The position numbers were made by a program, and so were the translations under genes. The notes under the pieces are model-generated. The model searched no databases. It was not told the DNA's origin and saw only the letters and a list, made by a program, of their open reading frames with translations. Shown here in pieces: positions 11,657 to 21,723 of a DNA stretch of 42,307 nt. Within the stretch, counting starts at the first letter, position 1; each line of letters opens with the position of its first letter. Source of the DNA: Macrostomum lignano (lineage: Eukaryota); NCBI GenBank assembly GCA_002269645.1, contig NIVC01003913.1:1-42307 (forward strand). The letters are read 5' to 3'.

Positions 11657-12937
11657 CGAGGGCTGCGCAATAGGTTTCTGGGTGTACTTAGCAGAGGTGA
11701 TAGACAAAATTTACCTTTGCACCTGTAAAGTAGAATATCATGCCATATTAGTTGTGGACTTTTTTACGAGCGTAGCTCTTAACTTATATATAGCGAGAGC
11801 TACACCCAAAGCAAGTTAGTATTACCCTACCAAATCTGTCAAGTCACAATGGAACTCAACAGAGGACATTAGAGAGCCATATGATTTTTTATGACTTTAA
11901 AAACATGGTCTTCGTCAACAGGAGAGTTTCAATCGCCTGTGAGCCGCTTTCAGAGAGGAAGGCACCCTTGTAGATCCACTGTTTTTCAGTGGCTTGTTGA
12001 ATTTCGATGAGCGAGACTGAGTCTGGAAGATGATCAGGAGTGCAGCGGACGGTGATGAGAATGTTGCTGCCATTCGAGCCATGGTTGAAGATGATGCCAG
12101 AGTTAACGTCGCCCAAATAGTCTGAGTTGGGTATCTCATCGGGAAGAAGCATTCGCACAATTACCAAGATTTTTGCCCGCAGGGTACCCCATCAGCTGAC
12201 CCAGGAGCAAAAGCAGACTCGAGTGACATGGTCCCACAATATATGCCCAGCAGATTCGATGGTGGCCGCTCAAACTCAGTCTTATGGGAAATCGCCAGTG
12301 GCAATATGAGTCCTGGATCTACAGTTTTGACCTAGAGACCAAGCAGCAGTTGGCCCAGTGGACACCTTTTAAAGGCACCCCACCTTCGAAACTCCGGCCC
12401 GGCGGGAACGCAGAGTTGCAAAGCAAATAGTGGCAGTTTTGTGGGTCGTCTGGCCACGATGTCACTTATGCAGCAACGCGGTGACTGGTACATGTACATG
12501 CCCCAAGTGCTGAGCGCTCTCTGTGAGCGTCGTCCAAGAACTCAAACTCTCGGTCTTCTCCTTCATCACGACAACGCCCCGGCCCACAAGTCCAGGCAAG
12601 TATAGCCGAGTTTCTGGCTAAATATTGAATAGCGCATCCAAGAGCTTAGTCATCCATCCTTACAGTCTGGACCTGGCCCCATGCGACTTTTTTGTGTTTC
12701 CGCAAATCAACGCAATGCGGGGGCATTCGATATGGGTCCACCTGAAGCTGCAGTGGAAGCCTTAATCGAGCATCTCAAGGAGGTGCCTGCTTCGGACTGA
12801 TTAAGCTGCTAATTAATAAGTTTGAGCAAATGCAATCGTGCATCGACTCTTCTGGAGAGTACTGCACTTTGAAAAACTTTGACTTGCTAAAAGTGAAACT
12901 GTCTGCTCGCATCCAGAAACTTATTGCTCACCCCACG
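11657..12937 (+). mobile_element. Decayed mariner (Tc1/mariner) DNA transposon, about 1.28 kb, with a pseudogenised transposase
   Basis: TIR (ta)cgagggctgcgcaataggtttctggg pairs imperfectly with tccagaaacttattgctcaccccacg. Transposase motifs lie in broken frames: RVPHQL (12181; WVPHEL motif), ESWIYSFDLETKQQ (12308), HDNAPAH (12567) and HPYSLDLAPCDFF (12655; YSPDLAPSDF motif). Confidence 0.9.
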
Positions 12938-15900
12938 AACTTTCATTAATATGGAAAGTTCCTACATCATGTTTATGATGAGGACGCACTTTTTCCCAAA
13001 TCCCGCGCTAGCACATGGGCTCTAAACTTACTTGCCTACTAACAGTGGGCAGTGGGCATTTTTATCCTTTTTCTGCGAATTTTCATAGAATCTATACTAG
13101 ATATAATGTCTGGCCATACTAGTAGTCATAATAACATAGGCGCAGCTTTTTGGGTCATAAATCATCGCTTTCGAAGCTGATCTGACAGCCACCTGCGCCT
13201 CACTCAGTGTTGAAGCGGGCGCCAGATGGTCTGAGAGGATGCGGGCGGTAGCTTTTTTCTCATCATTTTGACAGGCCATCAAGATTTATGAGGTCAGAGC
13301 CTATTGTTCGGATTCACTCAAGCGTGTGACAGCTTTGACAGCTATGCGTTTTACCCCTAAAAGTACCTTGGGATTAGCGATTAGCGATTTCTCTTCATTA
13401 TCTTCACTTTCTATTTAATAAGAGCTTTCTAATGTATATTTTTTCATTAATTTCTGTCAATCCTACGCGAAAAGTCATAAATCATTTTGTTGCGATTTTG
13501 AGTGATTTATGGCCGCACCTGTCATCTTTTTACGACCCTGTGGGAACTGATAGGATCTCTCGGTCACGTGATTCTGGGTAGCAACGAGCTTAGCCAATCA
13601 GAAAATTCGGCGCTCATTTTAACAAAACGGCTCAGCCAATCAGAATCGACGTGTTCCGTTATAACAAACTGCGGTCCAGTTGGCGGCTATTTAAACCGGA
13701 GTTTTTGGCCCGCTCGGACGCAACTTCTTCTTACTTTGGCTCGGGCCCAGCGCGCAACTTCTGGTTCCCGGAGCACGACCGTCGTTTCTTGATCCCCGGA
13801 TTGCAACTTCCCCCATCATCATCAAGGACGAGTTCCCCGGTCGACAGCAGCGAACATCCAGTTAAGAGCATCACCTGCTAGCTAACAGCGAAGATTGTGA
13901 CAGCATCATCCCGAGTCTACAGCTGCAGAGCATCGAGCCGATTCGGTCACTGTGGAATACCTGGTCCCCGGCTGTTGAGTTTCTGATTGGTTGGGTGAGA
14001 GGCTACCTAGACTTGCTTGATTGGGTGATCCCTTTTCTGTCCCCTGTTGCAGTAGCTGAATTAGGCGCACACTTTTGCTCATTTTGTTCAGTAGTGCTGT
14101 TGCTGAGGCAGGAATCATTCAATAATACTGCTAGTAGTCTAAGACTCCAATTCAATCTAAAGTGTGAAGTGAACTAAGGAGAAGGTTAAATCTAACAGTT
14201 ATCTTTGTCGGCTTTATTTCTTTGTTCGCCGATGGCTCAGAGGAGTAGCTAAGCTAGTAGGCGCCGGTCACAGTGGACCAATGGCAAGGCAGTTCTCAGT
14301 CGACCAATCTAACAAATCAGTGAGCAAAACTGCCAAAAGTGCAGAATCGGCGCCAGAGATGTACTTTGTGCACTCTAGGGTAGCCAAGCGGCTCGGGTAA
14401 ATGAATCATGCGGTCTCTGAAGTTCGAGTTAGCCTATCATCAGCGCTATGAGAGGCTAGTTGGCGCGTTGAAGGCTAAAAGTACATATCTTCGTATTTAG
14501 CAATATAATAGTACATGTAGCTACCCCATAGACTCGCCACCGCAAGAATCCCCTGCACAAGTCCCCTCTGTACCTGCATGGCCAATGCGATCTAGTCCCA
14601 GCAGTGTCCCTTATCATCGGCTATGACTTCGAGATTGACAGCAAAAAGACACTAGTTGGCAGGTAAGTGCAAAGCCCCTTCTAGTCGGAAGCCCGATTTC
14701 GAGAGTCCCGGTGTGGTGAGCCAGGGCGCACGGGCTGGTGGCAGCAAGTTAGTTGATCTGCGGATTAGCTAATTTCTACTTTCAAAATTCTCCCTGCTTG
14801 TCTCTCGCTGTCCCTCTCTTAGCTATAGGACCTAGACTGCTCGCCACACGATCAAGCTACCATGGGGCTGACCATCTGACAGGAGTGGGGGGCCAGGTCT
14901 CTAATTGATTTATTTCTGAGCCTGAGGCCCGAAGGCTTCCCTAACAAGGGGCCCGAAGGTCGAAACCCATCATTTATATTAGATGCATCTCAGCTACATG
15001 TATAGCGATCAGCAGATCTTACATGTACATGTATAAACGGAGAGGCTTAATTGGCTTTTTAAGTTAAACACATTTGGACACTAATTAGTGAACACATTTC
15101 TCAGTGTATGTATATGTCAACAACGGTCTCGATGATGGAGCTATTGGCACCGGCGGTCTGGTCTTATAGTGGCTGACGGACTGCAAGACTGAACTACTGT
15201 ACATGTTCTACATGTACCATGTGCACATGTAACGGAACAAAAGGGAAGTTCGTCGATATCGCGCGGTCAACGGCCGCAGAGCACACGGCGGTCTTTAGTA
15301 TGTTGACTACAACAGCCCTAGAAGACATTGACTTGTTTATTCTTGACAGATCTGATCTATCTTCTTGGGTTGCTGCGCAAGTACCTGCAAGAACGTGCAA
15401 GATCTTCGCTATAACAATACTTAGGTTATAAAACTTACCAGATCTGGGCGACTTGCTATACATCGTACAAGATCTTAAGCTTTTTATATCTTTTTTTATA
15501 GCTTCGAATCGCATATTTTCTTAAATTTATTGTCCCATTTTGTCATAAAATAAAATATAGTTCAGCTAGAACACTTTGGAAAAATAAATAACAAAACAAA
15601 TGTACCTCCCATCCCATCTTAGAAGATCATGTAAGAACCGAGCAGATTGAGAAGATCTGCTAAGAATGGCAAAGCAGACAAGATCTGCTAAGTTTGAGAA
15701 ACATCTAAGGAGGCCAACTAACTCGCTACAACGGCAATCAAATCAACAATTCTATCGTATCAATCAATCAATCAAGGGCATCGGGCACCCTCGACAGCTC
15801 GATTTCACCAACATACATGTATATAGCCAGTTTGCGCTAACTAGCAGCCACAAGCAGAATTAAGAGATCCTATTGATATTATCGCTGTAATTTTGCCAGT

Positions 15901-16193
15901 TGAAGTATTATTATTAGGATTATTTCTATTTTTGTCTGAAACATGCATTTGATTCTCACTAAAGATAAGCTGAGCAGAAGAGGTCATAAAAAGTTACGAC
16001 TTTTTACCTAAAAGCAATTCTGCAAATTTTGTTGGCCTTTTCCTTAAAATGTTGATATAAAAATTGTAAACAAGGTGCCTGGCTGCAATTTTGATTTTAT
16101 GGTCTTTTTTGAGTTTTAAAAAGTATTCTGTTCTTTATTAATATAGATGTCATTGTTATAATGTGTTTTCACTGGAATTTTAAATCTTGTGTC

Positions 16194-16757
16194 TGTAAAG
16201 AAAGTTGTTTCGTTGGGTCTATTTTGAATTTTTCCTAATTGACTGGGCTCGCGTGCATATTGCTGTATTAGGATATAGAGTTAGAAATTAGGTGGTCGCC
16301 AATTATTTTTTCCAAAAAATAATAAAAGTCAATAACAAATATAGGCTATAGCAATTGAGTAATTTGAGTTAAGTAGTTCAACAATTAATTAATACCCTGA
16401 GCGAGCACGGGGACAACTGACTGTAACTGTGGACTGTGGTGTGGTGGCTACTCACTGGAAGATAGTTGGAATGTAAATAATGACAAAGACCTAATGAAGT
16501 GTAATTGGAAGAACCTAAGGCTGAGACTCTAATACTGAAAATACGGTGCAAATGAAAGCTGTTATCTCAAGGATGCTAAGCTACGCTAACTCACGACCCA
16601 GTAGTCCAAATCCAAGTGCCCGTCAACCGTCCCAGCGCGACGCTCTTTCTAATTTAAATATATTTCGTATAAATTAAAGACTAACAAAATAACGTACGAA
16701 TTATACTACTACAATTGCAATAATCAATATTTAAAATCGATTTATAATTTCATTACA
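16194..16757 (-). repeat. 3' LTR, 564 bp
   Basis: Direct repeat of 23423-23986. No mismatch seen by eye. Confidence 0.97.
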
Positions 16758-16772
16758 AATGCCCTCCTTGCG
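16758..16772 (-). other. Polypurine tract (short)
   Basis: On the minus strand, gcaaggagggca-tt immediately precedes the TG of the 3' LTR. Confidence 0.6.
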
Positions 16773-17826
16773 AAAAATAAGCCAATGTCCTCATTGGACT
16801 ACTGCAATACAGTTAGAGCATACATTAACCGCATGATAGGGAAATGTTACGGATTTAATGGGAAAAAGACAACAGACTACGGAACAGCAACAATGTCAAC
16901 AGCACATTCCTAACCCGAAGACAAACACAAAAATATGCGCTTGGGAAAATGCAACTGCGACACACCAGCACAGAAAGCGAATCAAATGCGCTCATAAGTT
17001 GTACACCACAACCAAGAAATGGCGGGGAAACATTGAGACAACGAAGCTTCAAACCGCGGAGCAAACCAACAGGGAAACGTGACAGGGAGAACACAGACTT
17101 GCGACCTCTGCACATGCACCTGCGGTAGCAGCTCACCTCCGCAACACAACCAAAGGAAATGCTTTAAATGTAACGGTGCATACATTAAGAAGTACATCTA
17201 ACATGAACGAGTACTCTAAACTTTACTACGATACATACAAGTCTGTTAATTACATCTAACGAAAATAGTAAACGAAATCAATTGTCAACTGAACAAAATC
17301 GAGATATACGAACAACATTTACGATCATATTGAAAAAATAAATGACACAGCACATAACCGAGAACATTTTATGACCTTAGCACAAAATCGAACAATAATA
17401 GGTTTTATGAACGAAAGGACAACGCGCGACAGATATTGGAAAAGAGAAACAATGCATTGATTGGGGTTAAAATATTTCAAACGAATATATTTAACTAGAC
17501 GACAACACGAACATGAGCAACGCTATCGAAAATGGTATTTGTTTGAGGTGATAAAACAAGAGCAAATCTACGCAGCAACGCTCAGTCAATAATCAAACAC
17601 TAATCATGCAGTATTTGAAACGAGTTAATAAGAAATCAAGCAACGAAGTTCGAACCTGGAACGAAACTAGGTTAATTATTAGCAATGTGACATTTATACA
17701 TATAAATCTGACCTAATTGACTCGATAATCCCTAACCTAAAAAAACTCTAACTGACAATATTTCTAAATGCTCTTAGTTGTTATGATTGTTTTAAGTGGC
17801 TCTTCTTTTGGACGACTTTACGACAC

Positions 17827-20800
17827 TCATTCATCAGCTTCAACCTCATCTTGCCAAAGACCTGGCAGCCGAGTTGCAGGCTGCACGACCAACTTCATCG
17901 CGCCCACGTGCACAATTTTCTTCTGACCTCGGTCTTCACCATGACGCGAAAGCTTCACTACTTCATAATTCACTGGCGAGGTCCTTCGGACCACCCGGTA
18001 AGGTCCTGACCAGGGTGCGTGGTGTTTATGTGACCATCTGGAGTCACGCTGTCTGAGCGCCAGTGGCGGCGTAAATATCCATACCAACGCATTCTCAGCA
18101 AACTTAGTTTTCTTCACTTTACGATCGTAAAATTTCTTTTGAATTCGCTGAACGGCCTTGGTGGTCTTCCTGATCGATTCGTACGCCTCAATCAACCGCT
18201 TTTTCGTGTCCTGAGCGAACGAAGCAGGTGTCAGGGCAGGCTCCGGCTCTCTATAAACTAAATCGATCGGCAACACCATTTCGCGACCAGTCAGAACGAA
18301 GTGCGGCGTAAAACCAGTCGATGCGCTAACAGAGCTTCGGTAGGCCATCAGGCAGTGCGGAATGACGTCTTCCCAGTCTTCGGGTTCAACTTTCTGAAGA
18401 TAACATCTCAGCACGCCATGGAGAGTGCGATGGAAACGCTCCACCAGGCCGTCACATTGCGGATGGAATGCTGTCGTTCGAGTTTTCTGAATTTCGAAGA
18501 CCTTACACAGGTTTCTAATGATCTTGCCGTCAATGTTCTGCCCTCGATCCGAATGTAAAACGTGCGGCGCACCATACCGACTGATCCAGTGCGTAAACAG
18601 TGCGTTCGCAATCGTTGTAGCCTTCTCATCGGGTAATGGTACGAGTTCGACCCATTTACTAAAATAATCGATGATTGTCAATAATCGGTCGTTGCCGTGA
18701 CGGGACGTGGCAATTTTAACGACATCGATGGCCACTCTCTGCATCGGAAATCCTGATGACATTGGCCGGAGTGGGGCTTTGGCAGCTGACGTTGGCTTCG
18801 CCCGCTGGCACTGAATACACTCCCTTACACACAGGTTCACATCATCCATCATCTTCGGCCAGTAGAAGCGCTGCTTTATTGCTTCTGCCGTCTTAGCTAC
18901 ACCAAAATGACCTTGGGCATGAATTTCCTCGATCACCTCACGTCGTCTTTTAAACGGCAAAACTAGAACTGGCTTTGTTTTAACTAATCGATGCATAATA
19001 CCATTCACGAAGCACAAATCATCAACCTTACTCATCAAAACAATACTTTCTGGTGACATTTTAGCCTTTTCGTCTTCCATTAGAACAGTCTCACCTCTCG
19101 CTAGCTTTCGAAATACTGGACCAATACCACCATCCTTTAACTGTAATGCTCTCATCGATTCTCCATCTTCCTCCATCTCAGCTTCACTACCATCACCTTC
19201 GGTGTCGGACTCTTCACCATCAGATGCGCGTGCCTCAAGCTGCTGTTTCCTTCTAGTCGCACCTACTGCATTACACTCTACCTGCTCTGTACCTACGCTA
19301 TCCGTCTGACATTCTGCATCTGCCCTGCCTGGCGTCTCCGGACGACACACTTCACAAAATCTTGGACAACGCGAAAGTGCATCTGCATTGGCATGCGTTA
19401 TACCTGGACGATGGACCACTTCAAGATCAAACTCTTGCAACGCTTCCAGCCACCTTGCTAGCTGACCGGTTGGCTCTTTAAAGCCTAGCAGGTGAGTTAA
19501 GGCAGCGTGGTCAACTCTAACTTGGAATTTATGACCTGCAAGATATGACCTAAACTTTTTGCAAGATTCTACAACTGCTAGCAGCTCTCTTCTAGTGACA
19601 CAGTAATTTCTCTCTGCTGCATTTAAAGCGCGGCTGCTATAAGCAATTACTTTCTCTTGTCCTCTTTGCACCTGAGACAGGACACAGCCTATGCCAAAAC
19701 CACTAGCATCTGTATCTAATATAAACTGGCTGCTACCACTTGCAGTTTCAGGTAGAGCTAAGACTGGTGCCGAGGTTAGGCATTGCTTTAAAGTATTAAA
19801 ACTCAGTTCCTGCTCACCAGACCAAGCAAACTGCTGGTTTTTTAGAGTGATTCGGCGCAACGGTTCGGCTATGGAGGAAAAACCTTTAATAAACCTTCGG
19901 TAATAAGATGCAAGGCCCAAGAAGCTCTGTACATCTTTCACTGTCTGTGGTCGAGGCCACTCACGAACTGCATGAATTTTCTCCTCATCAACAGAGATAC
20001 CTTCTGGAGTAATTTTATGACCTAGGATCTTTATTGACTTAGAAGCGAATACGCATTTACTTGGCTTTAATCTAAGATTAGCTTCTTTTAGACGATGGAG
20101 GACTTTAGCAAGGTGGTTATTGTGCTCTTCTAATGACCTTCCCATGACTACAATGTCGTCTATATAGACTAGACATGCTTCCCATTTCAGCCCTTGCAGC
20201 ACCATATCCATCAGTCGTTGAAAGGTTGCTGGGGCATTTTTCAGACCAAATGGCATGACACGAAACTGATAAAGACCGTGATGGCACAGGAATGCGGTCT
20301 TTTCACTGTCCTCTTGATCAAGTTCTACCTGCCAATAACCTGACTGCATGTCCATAACAGAAAAATAAACATTACTAGCTAGAGCATCTAAGGTATCATC
20401 AATTCTTGGCAATGGATAGGCGTCTGCCTTGGTAACAGCATTAAGCTTCCTATAATCTACACAGAATCTAAAAGTTCCATCTTTCTTTCGCACTAAGACT
20501 ACAGCTGCTGCCCATGGAGATGCTGATGGAACGATCACATTGTCTTGCAACATGCTATCTATAATCTTCTTCTGCTCATTAATCGTCGGCAAATTCGTGC
20601 GTCTTAATGTCTCTTTGACAGGCAATGCACCTCCGGTATCTATCTTGTGCTTTAGCAAATCTGTTCTACCTAAGTTACCATCTGAAGCAAAGACACATTC
20701 GAACTCTTTTAAAACTCTTCCTACTTCCTCAGTCTCATCTGCTGACAAATCCTTCGAAATGTTAAACTTGACCTCACTTCCTCCTTGGGTACTTTCACTC

Positions 20801-21723
20801 TTTAGTGAACTCTCTTTTTCACCAGCGCTGCTTGCTGCACCCTGCCTAGAATCTAAACTTTCTCCTACAATGCATACCTGACCTTTCTGATCGAATGGAG
20901 TAAACTTTCCAATACTACTTCCTGCTCGTAGTATAAGTTCTCTATCTACGTTTACATTAACCACTTTGGTTTGCATTCCTTCCTCTCTAAGTAAATCGAT
21001 ACCTCTAGCTACTAATAGACCTGGAACACGATGATTTGGCTCTATTAAACCTGGTGCCAAGGATGCACCTGATTCTTTAGGCTTCAGCGATAATTGAACA
21101 GTTTGACCTGGAGGAATCGATATGGTCTCTGCGACAGCAAGAAGTTGGAACTTAGGAATTTCTAAAGTTTTTCTGATTGGAATTGATTTGTTTTGGTTAT
21201 TAAAAGTAATTATACCTTGTGCTGGATGTACAGACACATTAAATTGCTGCATAAAGTCTAAGCCTATAACCACATTCTGTTGGACATTGCTGCAGACAAA
21301 TACCTCCTGCAAAAAACTAAGCTGACCAAACGAGAAAGTGACTAGTTTCTTTCCTAAGACCTTTAGATTGTTTCCATTGGCTACTGTAAGCTGAACATCT
21401 GTTTTAGTGAGATTTGATCTAGGCTGATTAATAATGCTGCTTGAAACTATGGTAACACTAGAACCTGTATCTACAAGACAAGAAACTTTCTTAGAAAAGA
21501 CGCTAGCTGACACATACATGCCTTTGTCAAAATCTAAACTAAGGTTAATTCTCTCTACCCTACTAGTAAAGTGTTCTAAATTACATTCTTCGACTTCCTC
21601 AATTACATTTTTCAGAGCTGTGGGGCCATATGAGGTCCTGGCGGGAATCTGCCCCCTGATCCAGCCATGTTGCCGTTTGGGCAATTCTGCTTTAGGTGTC
21701 CTGGCTGTCTGCACTTGAAGCAA
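17827..21723 (-). CDS. pol: Ty3/Gypsy Pol polyprotein (protease, reverse transcriptase, RNase H, integrase), probably made as a Gag-Pol fusion
   Basis: 1298-codon open frame. Protease LVDTGSSVTI; RT FGLKNAPATFQ and YIDD; RNase H LDTDASGFG and DALSR; integrase HHCC zinc finger (H..QGHFG..C..C), DDE core and GPY motif (PWSGPY). No in-frame ATG precedes the protease region, and it overlaps gag in the -1 frame. Confidence 0.97.
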   Translation of the reverse strand: MLQVQTARTPKAELPKRQHGWIRGQIPARTSYGPTALKNVIEEVEECNLEHFTSRVERINLSLDFDKGMYVSASVFSKKVSCLVDTGSSVTIVSSSIINQPRSNLTKTDVQLTVANGNNLKVLGKKLVTFSFGQLSFLQEVFVCSNVQQNVVIGLDFMQQFNVSVHPAQGIITFNNQNKSIPIRKTLEIPKFQLLAVAETISIPPGQTVQLSLKPKESGASLAPGLIEPNHRVPGLLVARGIDLLREEGMQTKVVNVNVDRELILRAGSSIGKFTPFDQKGQVCIVGESLDSRQGAASSAGEKESSLKSESTQGGSEVKFNISKDLSADETEEVGRVLKEFECVFASDGNLGRTDLLKHKIDTGGALPVKETLRRTNLPTINEQKKIIDSMLQDNVIVPSASPWAAAVVLVRKKDGTFRFCVDYRKLNAVTKADAYPLPRIDDTLDALASNVYFSVMDMQSGYWQVELDQEDSEKTAFLCHHGLYQFRVMPFGLKNAPATFQRLMDMVLQGLKWEACLVYIDDIVVMGRSLEEHNNHLAKVLHRLKEANLRLKPSKCVFASKSIKILGHKITPEGISVDEEKIHAVREWPRPQTVKDVQSFLGLASYYRRFIKGFSSIAEPLRRITLKNQQFAWSGEQELSFNTLKQCLTSAPVLALPETASGSSQFILDTDASGFGIGCVLSQVQRGQEKVIAYSSRALNAAERNYCVTRRELLAVVESCKKFRSYLAGHKFQVRVDHAALTHLLGFKEPTGQLARWLEALQEFDLEVVHRPGITHANADALSRCPRFCEVCRPETPGRADAECQTDSVGTEQVECNAVGATRRKQQLEARASDGEESDTEGDGSEAEMEEDGESMRALQLKDGGIGPVFRKLARGETVLMEDEKAKMSPESIVLMSKVDDLCFVNGIMHRLVKTKPVLVLPFKRRREVIEEIHAQGHFGVAKTAEAIKQRFYWPKMMDDVNLCVRECIQCQRAKPTSAAKAPLRPMSSGFPMQRVAIDVVKIATSRHGNDRLLTIIDYFSKWVELVPLPDEKATTIANALFTHWISRYGAPHVLHSDRGQNIDGKIIRNLCKVFEIQKTRTTAFHPQCDGLVERFHRTLHGVLRCYLQKVEPEDWEDVIPHCLMAYRSSVSASTGFTPHFVLTGREMVLPIDLVYREPEPALTPASFAQDTKKRLIEAYESIRKTTKAVQRIQKKFYDRKVKKTKFAENALVWIFTPPLALRQRDSRWSHKHHAPWSGPYRVVRRTSPVNYEVVKLSRHGEDRGQKKIVHVGAMKLVVQPATRLPGLWQDEVEADE

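Noticed and set aside
16855-17136. 93-aa sense ORF after pol as a possible env
   Set aside because: Far too short, and it lacks a signal peptide, furin site and fusion-protein features.
18301-21718. Plus-strand ORFs antisense to pol
   Set aside because: These are shadow ORFs of a long coding sequence with no independent features.
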